The notes under the pieces are model-generated. The model was given only the letters and a program-made list of their open reading frames with translations, made no database searches and was not told the DNA's origin. Below, piece by piece: positions 51,297-64,000 of a stretch of DNA of 64,000 nucleotides (positions are counted from its first letter, which is position 1; each line of letters starts with the position of its first letter). The stretch is from Paragordius varius (lineage: Eukaryota > Animalia > Nematomorpha): positions 6,696,001 through 6,760,000 of the forward strand of contig OZ176054.1 of the NCBI GenBank assembly GCA_964247055.1, written 5' to 3'. Both the position numbers and the translations under genes were made by a program.

Positions 51297-51478
51297 CAGT
51301 ATGCATTTTAAGGGTTGCTTATTTCACACTATAGTAGGGCAATTCGCAAGACATTAGGATATGGAAAAAACTACAAAATATTGAATAAACCATTAGATCT
51401 TTCTTTTTTTCCATACACTCCTGTGTTGCAAATCGCCCTACTATAGTGTGAAATAAGCAAGCATTAAAATGCATACTG
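51297..51478. mobile_element. Tc1/mariner-type hairpin MITE, 182 bp
   Basis: TA|CAGTATGCATTTTAA...TTAAAATGCATACTG|TA. The arms include ttgcttatttcacactatagtagggc and its exact complement. Confidence 0.88.
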
Positions 51479-52899
51479 TATATGCATATACATATGCATA
51501 TATCCAGAGAGTAGTATATTTTGCATGACGAAAAAAAAAGTTTTAGCCCAAAGCTTAATATAATGAAATTTATTACATTTTTATTTATTTATTTATCTAT
51601 GCTAATAAGACAGGTAATCTCATATCTCCTTTAATAAAAACGAAAAAAAACCAATATACATATATTAATAATATATACATAAAATGATATTTTATTATAA
51701 ATAAATTATAATTTTGACATCAACACACACACATACAAACCCTACATCTATGGATAGGTATGTATTACGATACGAAACAATTTATTAATGAAGACAGGTC
51801 TTGTTTTCAGAAATTTTTACAATAGGACATACAAAAAATTATGCCTACATATTCATATACATATACAAAGCATAAAAATGTAATTAAAATTACTGGATAA
51901 AAATTGTAAATAATTTTGGCGTCTTTTATGGATAATACATATCTCATATTTTTTTGTCATTTATGCATAAAATATATTTGGGTTTGGTGTTGTGTGTGTG
52001 TGTTTGAGTCTAGTTTTTTATATCAAGGTATTTTTTCAGTCAAAGATGTGTTAAAAATTTTGAAACTTTAATACGAAAGAAATATAGGCTCTTTTTTGAA
52101 TGCTTTTGGCTCCATGAATATCATCAAAAACAAATTAGGTGTCGTAAGCAAACATTAATAACATTTAAAAATTTGTGAAATAAGATCTCTTTCAGAGGTG
52201 TTTACTTAATTTTAAAGTCTCAAAATTTAAAATATATATATATATATATAGCTTTTTCAAAATAAACTTCAATTGCGAAGATTGTAACATATATACAATT
52301 TAGCTATAAAAAAATATGCTGATTGTTATAGTAACTTCAGCGTGTTAAATAGGACAATATTAAAGTTATTTTCGAATGAGACGGTGTACAGTCGACTAAT
52401 AATTTTTGGTCCAAATGTAGATTTTGTTAATATTTTTGATAAATAATTAAATTATGCGCGACCCTGCGTACGGAATCTCTAAATTATAACATGTAAAAAG
52501 TGTTTTTAACATTTTTATTATTCCAGCATCCTTCACTATGCCTAACACTCTGTGATAAAAATTGGGGTCAAAAAATAAAATGTTTAAGAACCATATTATT
52601 CAATGGGTAAAACTTCACGATAAAGAGTATCGAAATGATAAATGAGGTTGAAATATTAGAAAAAGGGTTATTTCAATATTTCAGGTATTAGCTCCAATCA
52701 AATCGCATTTTTGTCGCACATTTGGTCAAATAAAATAAAATGGAATGGGGGAAAACAACGCGTCAACTAAATGTCTTAATTAATATTTATCATAAAAATA
52801 CTCCCAAACGCAAAATATATCGATAATTTTACAATTTTACAAAAGGCTCTTAACTTACAAGAATTAGAGCTAAAAATCGCATTTTGAAGTCCATTGTTA

Positions 52900-53530
52900 T
52901 AGACAACATATGCGGAGATATTAATTTTGAATTTAAAAGCTTCTATTAAAACGATATGGTTATCTTCACAAATCCAAACTCACTGGCTCTCATGCTACAA
53001 AATTTTGTAAATGATGTCAAAAATATGGGCTACAGATTAAATATCGAAAACAAAGATAATATAAATTAACCCTTAATTTGCAACTCTTCAATAACTGTTA
53101 ACGGGAATTCTATTGAAACGTCAAAAATTAAACATATCTCAGGTTCTCAATACGTGACGATAATATTGTAATCCATAGATTAAAGGGATTTTTATGGCCA
53201 AAACGGCAGCAATTATTTGTAACAAAATTTAGGGATCCCATGATGTCTTAAAAACGAAAATTCGCATCACGAATACAATCATTTTTCCAACTTTTCGCCA
53301 CGGGTGTGAAGGTTGGACTTTAAAAAATTCGACGAACGAATTATAAACTCCTTTGAACTATGGATAAGGAAAAAACTTCGGCAAATAAAATGGATGGATA
53401 ATATAAACAACACAATTATAAATAAAATCAATCCCGATATGATATTGCTTGGATTGCCAATCTGCATTACTTTGGACACATTATAAGAACTCATTGGAAA
53501 AGTCCTTGATGTTGGGAATGGTTGGTGATA
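52900..53530 (+). mobile_element. RTE-clade (BovB-like) LINE 3' remnant
   Basis: Frameshifted peptides KTKIRITNTIIFPTFRHGCEGWTLK, INSFELWIRKKLRQIKW, LHYFGHIIR and LEKSLMLGMVG match the RTE post-RT domain consensus (TKIRL...YGCESWT...FELWCWRR...KYFGHIMR...LEK.LMLG). Confidence 0.85.
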
Positions 53531-53678
53531 CACGTACATTTTTTATTTAGGGAGTTTTATGCTCAAAAGCCAGGAAAAAACCAAAAGGGTATAAAATATT
53601 TAATCAGTATCGAAATTCCCTTAATTAACAAATTGCAATGATAGATGGTATATCGAATCGAATGATATAAATGTATTA

Positions 53679-54656
53679 CGTCTAGCCATAAGTTTTTACT
53701 ACTTTTTTTGGAAAACATGTAATAAAAAGAAGATGATAAATTATTTATTTTATTTTGCATATTGTACGTCGGCTTTTACACATTTTGCCCATCCCGTAAT
53801 ATATCAATGCCGTGTCATAAAAAATGATTGTCTTGGAAATCCACAAGCTTTTTTAACGTCTTCGAAATTGGTGAAGTGCTGCTCTGCGAATGTATGACCG
53901 ATTGATGCGAAGTTCAGTATGGGGCCAAGTCAGTGGAGTTCAGCGGATATGAAGAATATTTTAAGGAGTTTATCATTAGTTTTGCTCTCTCCAGATATAG
54001 AACATGATATTTTTTCAAAGATATAAGCCTTGGTGTTGGGGGATCGGCTTGACAGATATAGAGCCACGATTTCGCTTTAAATGTACAAAATTAAGCTACT
54101 TACCATCACCCGTCGCAATTTCATGCAAAAAATTCCCTTTTGTGACGTTGAAGCATTACTGATTATCGATTTAACGTTTATTCAACATGTATGGGAATTA
54201 TTTAGGGAAATTTTTAGTCTTTCTCATTGCAAACATCTCTGGATTATTTTTGTGATGAGATGTAAGGCTTCTGGCAATTGTTGATAAGTTTAATAATTTT
54301 TTAGCATCTTCTAAGTGTAAGTCCACTAGAGAGCCCAAACTCTTTCACAAGAAATCACAGTTTTAATTTTTAGAAACCATGTTTCCCATGTGTTAATCGA
54401 TAAAGCATGTCATCATATGTTTTGCCAGCAAACGATAACTTTCAACGGCCTATATCTTCTGGTGGCAATGCGTGCAGCAAATGTTCTTTTCAGGCATAAA
54501 ATTCGACATGATAAATAAAAGGATAAAAATAAGATGCTATTTTTGGCGACAACTTGTGTGTGTTTGTGATTTAATTTCACATAAACAAAATGTGGTCCAT
54601 ATCAAATTAATTGTCTGCGTTATCACTGATGGCTATCTTAGTTAAACCGGTCCTGG
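53679..54656 (-). mobile_element. Second Mos1-like mariner, internally deleted pseudogene
   Basis: Minus-strand peptides MSNFMPEK, NSTDLAP, FASIGHTFAEQHFTNFEDVKK and WAKCVKAD. The end gtctagccataagtt resembles the TIR of the 35326 element. Confidence 0.85.
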
Positions 54657-55699
54657 TATATTAAATGTTTTGTAAAAAATGATAGCTGGTTCTGCTTTGA
54701 AACAAATTATCTAAAAAAAATTCACTACATTGGCTAACTGCATCTATATACATATAGGATTAAAAATATTTTACCGCATAATATTATTTTAAAAATTTTG
54801 CAAAATATGATATTTTAACTTTAATCCTGTAATGTATTAGAAGACCTTTAAAACTTCGATAAGATTTTTAAAATTTTTCCCTCGATACCAAATAAAATTT
54901 AATTGACGCGATTTCTTTTTTGTATACCATTTGTACCTCGCTACCCTTAAAAATTATGAATTTTACATTGAACATACATTCACCCTCAAACATTTTAAAT
55001 TACATTAAAATTAAATTTTTTTTCAAAATAAAAAGTTTTATTAAAATTGCAATTCTAAACTATACAATTATTTTACCTTGATTCCGAAATTTGCTTAATT
55101 TGGATTTAATGAAACTATGATTCCTCGAATACTCTATTGATTTTATTATTTCTTTCGTTTTCAGTATAATCTCATGTATTAGTAGTTATGTTTACCATTA
55201 ACTAGAAAGAAATTGGCTAGTTAAAAGACAAATTAGTTATAAATGTTAAAACATCTCCGTATATTTTATTTAAATATCCAATTAAGGCTAAAAAGTCAAC
55301 ACTATGAATGATAACCACGAAATAGATAGGACTTATATGTTATCAATAACAAAAAATTTCAACTTGACATTGTTTTCATTTAAATTTTTCAGCTTAATTT
55401 AGTAGTCATTGATCGTCATAAGAGTGCTTTCATGTTGAAATAATACTAAATTTATAAGATAGTTGAAATTTTTTATAATTATTCAAATTAGGTCGCGCTA
55501 TTTATGGCACATGTTATTTTAACGTTTTGATATTTTTTAAATTACAAATATCTATGAGTTGATATCATATTTCTAACCATACGATTTTAATGAAAAAACA
55601 TAAATTATTTCTAATAGAACGCAGATGATATGTTACCATTTAATATTGTGGATTGCTCTTTAGATTTATGCCAACAACTTAAATGTACCATTGCAAACT

Positions 55700-56320
55700 C
55701 AAACCATGCAATACTCGATTTTTAAGAGACTGAATGCCATCACCTGGGACAATGACATCCAGGGAAATAAATGTTCAAGCCGCTGATATATGAGCAAGTT
55801 GGTTACCAATCTTCGGCATGTCTTTTGGCCAAAGTGAGAATTAGTTCAAAGCAAGGTCAACGATTATCAATCCCGGGCTAACGCCCCAGTTGAAGGTAAA
55901 GCTGAAACATGGTTACAAGAAGGGGTGACGTTGACACTTGTGATGTTTAACATCCTCAAAATTGGCCTAACTTAAAAACCACATACATGTAAAAGCAAAA
56001 GAAGACCCTTTTTGCGCCAAAGATAAGATAAAAAAACTCTACATTAGACTCGACATAGACCTTTGACATTACTTTAAGAGTAGGGACCATGCGCTTGTAC
56101 GGTTATTTAAAATCAAATATTGCTTATATATAAGCTTATTAACCATACTAACTTACAATGACACATAACATAAAGGCATTCTTTATGTATGTAGATACCA
56201 ACATCAAACCCAACCTCCGATGTGTCTCCTCGCCTCTAAAGCTCCATGCGTTACGGATAGGTAATGCCCTGACGGGTGGCCGACAATCTTTCGACGCTAC
56301 ACCCCTGTTTACATATTTGG
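55700..56320 (-). mobile_element. Possible non-LTR retroelement remnant
   Basis: GC-richer island with a minus-strand VPGDGIQ (PGxDGI-like) motif. No further motifs resolved. Confidence 0.3.
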
Positions 56321-57651
56321 GTTAAAGCTATTCTATGATATTTTGGAATGAAGCATTTGTTTTCGTCAAAAATTTAGCATACTAATTGTTATATTTTTTT
56401 GATGTAAAGCAATCGCCACAAAAATAGAATAACTTTCTTAAATAAATCATATGCCCCAAAACTAGAAGCTCTTTAAGAATGTAGATGTATTCTCTATCAT
56501 AATATTTCTATTGTATGGATATATTTGTATATCAGATTTCGCTCATTAATTTTTCTCACCCTACGTGCATTGTAGACTTAAACCATACTTCAAATACACC
56601 AGTGAACATTTCGATTTTACCCTTGAATATTTCAAATCTCCCACATAAACATTTCGATTCACCAAAAATTAATTATTTGCCATTGCGCTGAATCAACTTA
56701 TATTTTATATTAAGTATGTTTTCGGTATCATTCATCCTTTTTTCTGTTCATCTACATTAGTTAGTTTCAATAAAAAAATTTCAAAAACAAAAAATGGTAT
56801 ATTTTGATTTTAGGTGTTTTTTTATTCTAGCACATATTAACAAAACAAGACACCTAAAATCCAGTATTACATATTTTGATTCTAAAAAAAATTTTAAAAT
56901 ATTAAGATATTAATTTATCAAAAACAAGCATGTAAAATTAAATAAGTACCAAAACAAATATCATTTTTGAGGGTGAATTTTTTTAAAGGGTGAATTGAAA
57001 TTGTATAGGGCGAATTTGAGGATTTATACATTTTGGGTTATAAATGTGGTTGATGCCCGCTAGTATTATACAATATTTGAAACTAACCTTTACCCAATGT
57101 AATCATCAAATATAAATAAAAACATAACTTGAGCTATATCTGCTTTATTAAGCGCATAGATATTTCAATTAAAATCCAAACTATTTATATTTATTTCATA
57201 GTTATGTTTTCAATAATATACATTTTCATTCCTCATTTTATTTATTACATTACGTGATTTTAGAATAATAATTATATATACATAAATAAATATTATAAAA
57301 ATATGTATGGTTGATGCCAATCAAATTAACAAAAAAAAACTAGAGACTCCCGCTGCGCACTATTAAACAGTGATAATAATCAAAATCGAATGGTTTTTAT
57401 AATAATTAATATATCAAATATTTTACAGATTAAGATATCGATATGATTGCAAACTTATTAATTTTATATGAATTAAAGTGTGGTAAGAAATCGATTTCCG
57501 GAAAAACAGTTAAAATCTTATTTGCAACACATAATAAGCTAAACATTTTTTTAAATTGTTAATTAATTTTTTAATTGTGGAATAACGGGTTTTGAAAAAT
57601 ACCATTAAATAAAAACCTTAGTAAATAATATAATTGAAAATTCATTTTCCC

Positions 57652-58332
57652 ATGAATCCAACAAAATTTTCTTATGAATATTTGAAACCCGATGATAATT
57701 TTGAGGCGTCCAAAAGTTTAGATCCATCCCTTGTTTCTGCCTTCCTGTATAACTATTTAGCCTTTAATCATTATTTAGCAGGGGTGCAATCACTTTTAAA
57801 AAATAAATATAATGTCAACGATTACCTCCAATTACAACTGGGTGCTGGAACTAATAACTCTCCGAAATCGGCGGAATGTAAACCTAAAGAAAATACTATA
57901 GACAAAATAGAAACTAGTTTTGTTAAAGATCAAGAAAAATGTGAAATATTTAAAGAATCGTCAATAAAAGCTCCTCATCTTCTCCCGCCAAATCCCGATT
58001 TTCTCCATTCTAGAGAACGTAAAGAACAAGTTTATGATGATATAAAATATTGTGGATCCGTTGCTTCAGATTATGAGATCACAAAAAATTCCAAAAATAT
58101 GACCGATGATTTAGATAGCACAGAAAAATTGCATGAAAATATTTGTGGGAATTCCAATAGGCGATGCAGAACAGTCTTTACAGATGGTCAATTGATGGGT
58201 TTAGAAAAAAATTTCTCAATATACAAATACCTAAACACGGCTGAAAGAAATAAGTTAGCACGCAGTTTGGGTCTAAATCAAACGCAAGTCAAGACTTGGT
58301 ATCAAAATCGAAGGATGAAATGGAAAAAAGAG
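57652..58332 (+). CDS. Barx: Barx-family homeobox gene, homeodomain exon (start ATG tentative; an upstream exon is possible)
   Basis: Homeodomain [19 protein letters not shown]...[31 protein letters not shown] carries the Barx signatures QLMGLEK and [13 protein letters not shown]. Donor gag|GTAGAT follows KWKKE. Confidence 0.9.
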
Positions 58333-59509
58333 GTAGATGTTTGGGGATTATTATGATTTTACCATTGTTAAATGGGTTAAAAAATCTCTTAATAGTTTTT
58401 TCGCTTTATAAATCCGACCAATTTTTTGCCAAAAATATTAATATAAATTTAGGCAGAGTGCTACAGTTTTTTCATTTAGTTTTTTGAAATCGGGGCTTCT
58501 TTAATTTTTTTACTAAGAAAGCTGTCCATAATAAAAATTTAATATTGCCTTATGTTTACGATAAATTAAATATACAAGAATAGTTTTAGTTAATAGAGAT
58601 GGTTTCGTCAAAATTAAAACAAATAATTTAATTCAAAAAATTACATTTTTTTGTAAAATGGTATTAAATTTTAGTTGATCATGCCATAAAGCTTTGATAA
58701 GCATTTCGGTATATCTTAATACAAACCAATATAGATGCATAGCTTGGATTTCGGGAGTTAATTTAGTCAAACATAAACTATTTGAATATGGATAGTAAGA
58801 GGTTAACAAAGAGTTTTCGTCAGAGATGACTAATTAAATGTATTGATATTATATGTTAAATAATCCAATATAGGAAAGCCTACAGTTATAACTTTATTTA
58901 AATTGGGCGTAAATATTACTTTTATACTAAAGTTGTGTTTTTCAAAAAATTGATAGGTCGTTATCAGTCAATTAATCCACATTGCCTATTTTCGGATCCA
59001 ACCCTACTCTGTACCTATAACTATATTATATCATTAATATTTTTGTATCTTCAACTTAAGGTTGTTAATGTGTAATTAATTAGAATATCTTGAATATAAA
59101 AAATGATTTTAAGCTTAATTAGCATGATTTTTAAAAAATGCTCTCAATAAAATTAATTAGGATGATTCAAACATATTTTTGATTTGTACTCCGTAAATTA
59201 AAGAGTTAAATAAAACTTTTACATAATTATAAATGAATATGTTATAGCTGAGTTAATTATAAATATTTAAACTATTTGATATGTAAGCAATTAAAAGTAA
59301 CAAAATAATAAATTATTAAAGAAACGAAGTGCAAACTATGCGCTAATTATTTACACATGTTTGATAATTATATATTATTTTAATTAACACCATTAAAAAA
59401 ATATATAAAATTGTTACAATGAAAACTTAAAAATAACGCTTTTTAATTTCCAATAGGGTAAAATAAATGAAATTTTAATGAAATATTTTTAATTTAATTT
59501 TTTGTAAAG

Positions 59510-59623
59510 GCATTGAAAGTTGGACAATCCGATAAATTGATTAAGACCAAGGGCCGTCCCAAAAAACTAATCATCGAGCAAATGAACAAGGAAGAGTTGA
59601 TGGATTATCTGGATAATTATTAA
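59510..59623 (+). CDS. Barx: Barx, final exon (ALKVGQSDKLIKTKGRPKKLIIEQMNKEELMDYLDNY*)
   Basis: tttttgtaaAG acceptor, phase 0. Encodes the Barx-specific post-homeodomain motif (vertebrate Barx2: VLKGGQEAPTKPKGRPKK). Confidence 0.88.
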   Translation, partial: ALKVGQSDKLIKTKGRPKKLIIEQMNKEELMDYLDNY

Positions 59624-61284
59624 CTTTATTTTATTTTTATTGCAAGCAATAAATATGAAAAATTAATTTATTTCATTTAAAAATTATAGCCGACCAATGT
59701 AATTTGATTTCTAATTTTTGATTTTGATTTCTTTAAACAGACAGAACAAGGGTTAGGTTATCCGTCTAACATTTTTAAGATGCAGTCATTTAAGGTCATA
59801 TGCCACAAAGAATTGCAATTAACTGATGCAGCTTAATGTAGCAAACAAAATTAAGATAAATAGTTATTATAGCGATCTAATTATATTGATATCAATTTAC
59901 GAATATTTAGACAATTTTTTAAATTATTTTATCATGTGATAAATTTGAGCTTCATTATTTAGACTGGTTCATTTAAAAACGGTCTCAGTAACAATCATAA
60001 ATCACAGTTCGTAATCGGTATGCGGCTTTGATAAATATTGTAACAAAATCAGTATACAGTTTACAATTAATAATGAAGGCATATCTTAAATCTCAAAACT
60101 GCACAACTTTTCCCGTGCAAGCAAAATTGTTTAATTTTATGGGTCTCGCAAAGCACGATAATTTTTTAAAAATGATGGTAAAGAGATTTTAAACCATGGT
60201 CGGCTTCGCGGGCCTCATTTTTGAATCAAAAAATATTCGCAAAATATACGGCATTAACAAGTATTTAAATAGAACTTCTATTTATTTTATCTAGTTTTGC
60301 TAGTTGATTTGCCGAAATTCGGTAAAATTTATTTAGATTTGTTTAAAATCAATTTTTTGATTTGGAAAATTCAATATTTGGTATTCCTCGCGGGCTGCAG
60401 AAATATTATTAAAAATATTATTTTAATTTTAAAAAAAGTCATTAAGTTGTAATTTTCCATTTTATATAAAAATGATAATTTACTACTGTATTATATAAAT
60501 TATATATTGTATTTAAAGGATTTTTCGTAATAATGCATCAAATTATTTGAATATTAACATTGAGTATTTCAGTCACTATCATGTCTTTTATGAAAACTTC
60601 TGGAATGCGTAAGCCCATTTAAATTGATATGGTTATTTTAATACATATATTAATTTACCAATCTTGCTCAAGTTACTTATTTGATTACCTGTTAGCCCCA
60701 TTTTTATCACCACTTTGCAAATATATTATTAAATAATGGTCATATATATTTCCCATAGGAAGGCGTAAATTATAGTTGGCCTTTTTTAAATTAGCTCTGA
60801 CTGCCCCACCCTAACCTCCAAAAAATCAGGACTTCTAAGCGATAATATGGAAAAGGTTTACCTTCATATTTAAATTAACCATTTATTTCCTTTATAAATG
60901 GGCAAACCGGGTCGCTATTTCGAATTGATTCATAATTCATGGTTTCGATTAAGTCAGAACAACGCTAAAAGTAGTTTAGCTTGTATATTTTATTCAAAAC
61001 AAGTTAAATTGGTAAAAAATCCGATTTCTGCTATATATAATATGATAAATAAAATTTCATAACACACTTTTAGGTGTAAAAAAGACACTGCCCATGTCTT
61101 AACAATTTTAAAATATAATATCATATAATTATTCATATATTATTATTTATTGATTGTATATCAACCCGAAAAAATGCAAAATCTAATTGGTTAAAACATA
61201 CATAGTGTATTGTGCGTATATTGAAGTAGGCCTTAACCTAACCGCAGACTATCAGATATCATCTAAATAAAAAAAGTTGATATG

Positions 61285-61426
61285 TCAATAATCATGTAAA
61301 ACAGCTCTTTTTTGAGTTGTAAATGTAGATTTTTCCGGCAAATTGAATTGGGACATCATACAGTTTGAACAAAGTAAGATGGTTAGCGTTAGAGGTAGAT
61401 ATATCAAGGAATATCGGAATAATTTT
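61285..61426 (-). CDS. COX10: Protoheme IX farnesyltransferase (heme O synthase), last exon
   Basis: TGTAG acceptor, then (R)KLFRYSLIYLPLTLTILL..., matching the COX10 C-terminus RRLFFCSLWHLPLLL. Stop TGA at 61285-61287. Confidence 0.88.
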
Positions 61427-61544
61427 CTACATATAAAAAATATATATCACATGAATCATATGTTTATAAATAATTTTATAAAAATATATTTAATTATACT
61501 AAAATGTATTAAATACTATTTTAACTTTAAATATATATATATAC

Positions 61545-61956
61545 CTTGAACTTTGACTATCTTGCCATTTTTTAAAAGCATAGGCCAGCCTTATATTTTG
61601 CAGGGATAAAGCTATCGTACTGATTGTCATAAACGTAGCCAATAAAATATTGGGTAATGGAGTATTTTTGGCGAACAAATGCATATTATGGAAAAAATTA
61701 GCACTAGATTTGTCCATATTATGAATGGGAGAATCAACATTTTTGCATTGACGAAGCGTTATAGCGATACATAGACCACAAACAATAAACAATGAGTATA
61801 TAGAATGATTCAAGGCAGTTTTAACGCACAGAGCGGGTTTTAGTGCAGACATCATACGATAACCGGCACGGCAATAATCCTTTCTTAGATTCCAACTCAG
61901 CGCATTGAAGTGTGGGAATTGCCAGGCATAAAGAAGGGATGCCAGCAAAATTCCAA
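61545..61956 (-). CDS. COX10: COX10 exon
   Basis: [28 protein letters not shown] is the COX10 signature. CATAG acceptor and ag|GTATAT donor. Confidence 0.95.
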
Positions 61957-62678
61957 CTATGTTTTTTACACAAAATATACGAATGATATAAAATTCATCA
62001 TTTTATTAAAATTGTGGAAAAACAGAATGTGGCTTTTAAATTTCTATTTTTATTCGGCAAGATTTGGATATTGCACGATTCTTAAGAAATAAATTATATA
62101 ATTTATTATATATATATATATATATATGTTGTTAAAATAGACTGCTAAAATTAATAACAAAATATATAATGGTTTCTTTGTTTAGGATAAGTTAATTAGA
62201 TACAATGGATCCCATGATAACTTAAAATGTTATATAAACATGGATTATAATCCAAATCATAACCAATTTTAAATCAAAAATTAAATTTTCATGTAAAATT
62301 AGATTAGATTAAAATTTAATTAGATAACAAATAAATTTTGTTAATTTTCATTAAATAATTTTTTTATTTGATAATATATATTTTGGATAACATTGTTTTA
62401 AGCTTATTACGATGATGGCTGAATACTATGCTAAAGTTAGTATTCTGTGGGATGATACAAGATATTATAGGGAAGGTTATTTCAAAAAACTGGGACTTAA
62501 TTTAAAAATCGGAAACATACATAATATTAAATACTTTGACATTATCTGAAAATACATGATAAAAAAACCAATTAGCGTATCGGCGTTGTTAATAATACAG
62601 ATATTAAAATATAAAATTGTTTTAAGCAGTTTAATAACGTTTTGCAAAAAATTTGTGAAATTGTAGAATAAAAAATAC

Positions 62679-62774
62679 TGATATCCATGTGACTAAGTAA
62701 ATCAAGCAAATAATTTAGATCATTGGTTGAAAGGGAAGTATAGTCTACATTTTGTAGTGTTTTGGCATAATAAC
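62679..62774 (-). CDS. COX10: COX10 small exon (GYYAKT...LSHMDI), donor position tentative
   Basis: TACAG acceptor, phase 1 in and phase 1 out (a|GTATTT). Supplies the GWTAATGSLDxG segment missing between the flanking exons, plus an insertion. Confidence 0.6.
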
Positions 62775-63398
62775 CTGTATAAAACATTGATAAAATTATT
62801 ACAAATGTGAATATTCCCAATACAATTTCATCATTTTAATAGAGCAATTGATTAATTAAAAAATTATTGCGAATAAAATGGTATATGCAAAGTAGTAAAT
62901 ATGACAATATATTACTGTAAAAATGTATTTAAATTTATATAAAAGCATAATTCGTTGATAAAGAAATAAAAATGAAATTGGCATAAACTTATTTACCTAA
63001 ACATGAATCATAAACAAAACACATTTAAAACATTTTTATAAATTATGCTTTTTTGATTTCTATCTAATTTTGAAAAACATATAAAAATTCTTTAAAGACA
63101 CAAATTAAGTTATAAATTTTAAATATAAAAGACAATAAGACAAATATTAAAGACAACCCAATATTTTAAACCATGATTTTTAAATATAACTTATTGTTTT
63201 GAGTGTAAAAATAATAGAAACGTTAATGACAACACACTACTATTACATATTTTACATTTATTATTATAAAGAAAAAAAACAAAAAGTTTCAAAAAAGTAA
63301 AGCAATCTGTATTTACAATACCGAAAAATATTTGTCTTTTAGTTTTTACATTTTTGTCTTTATAATATTTTTTTTTGTGCAAAATCCCTCTCATTTAC

Positions 63399-63598
63399 CA
63401 ATTAAGGGTGGGATTGCTCCAACCAAAGCTCCTATCCACGTATTTAGTATACTTTTCCGTTTCCATCTGGTGTAAATACCGGCATATAGGATGGCATTTC
63501 CAGCAGCTAAAACTGTTGAAATGGGGTTACTCGTGTAAGCCATAAGCAAAGTACCAAGGGTAAAGACCGTAACTCCAAAACAAGTAGCATGTAACGGG
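63399..63598 (-). CDS. COX10: COX10 exon (upstream exons lie beyond the window)
   Basis: PLHATCF...YTRWKRKSILNTWIGALVGAIPPLIG matches the UbiA/COX10 motif. TTTAG acceptor and g|GTAAAT donor. Confidence 0.95.
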
Positions 63599-64000
63599 CT
63601 AAATTAATTCATTAATTAATTACATAAAAGAAAAGTTTATTTAGAGTCTCCATAAGAAGGACTTTTGTAACGGTTTATAAAAGCTAAAACTCTCACCTGA
63701 TTCAAGGTCTGACTTGAAAAAAATCTAAACTGTAGATTTAAAACAATGATTGTTATTGCCCCAGCATAAAAATGAATAAAAACTTTTTATAAATCATCAA
63801 CACAATAAAGTTTTTCTACTGATACACTTAAAAAATGGCTTAGGTAAAAAAGCGTTTTTAACATACACACAATGCCTACCTTATTGTTGGTTGATTCGCA
63901 TTATTGTTGGCCAATTGGCAATACAGTAGCGTATAATAATTTTGTCCATAATTAATAAACAAATTTATAAATGTTGTATAATGGGAAAAATAGTTTAATT

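Noticed and set aside
63850-63935. Next upstream COX10 exon ending at an ag|GTAGGC donor
   Set aside because: The translation (LANNNANQPTI) lacks the expected RTxxRPL motif, so the real exon is probably outside the window.
1-64000. tRNA, rRNA or snRNA genes
   Set aside because: No cloverleaf, A/B-box or rRNA-like sequence was recognised; a tRNAscan-SE/Infernal run would be needed to exclude them.

Overview
Strongly AT-rich eukaryotic genomic DNA with spliceosomal introns, from a bilaterian invertebrate; the species cannot be identified from the sequence alone. The right third holds three conserved genes: a two-exon engrailed (+, 44439-48137), a two-exon Barx (+, about 57652-59623; second exon missing from the ORF track), and the last four exons of COX10 (-, 61285-63598). 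About 1-26.6 kb is a dense field of nested, decayed transposons: Gypsy remnants, hAT elements with 8-bp TSDs, CACTA-ended and piggyBac-like MITEs, Helitrons and foldback elements. Within it sits one intact, intronless 334-aa ORF (-, 9395-10399) resembling a Phenuiviridae-type (bunyavirus) nucleocapsid. It has a candidate 55-nt intron in its 5' UTR and a MITE directly upstream, so it may be a host-domesticated endogenous viral gene. About 3 kb away, a hAT transposon carries an inverted copy of its own transposase, which could form a long RNA hairpin. A phase-compatible multi-exon gene of unknown function is hidden at about 28.1-32.2 kb. Two Mos1-like mariners and an RTE LINE remnant are also present. 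All homology calls are by-eye motif recognition; no database searches were run.
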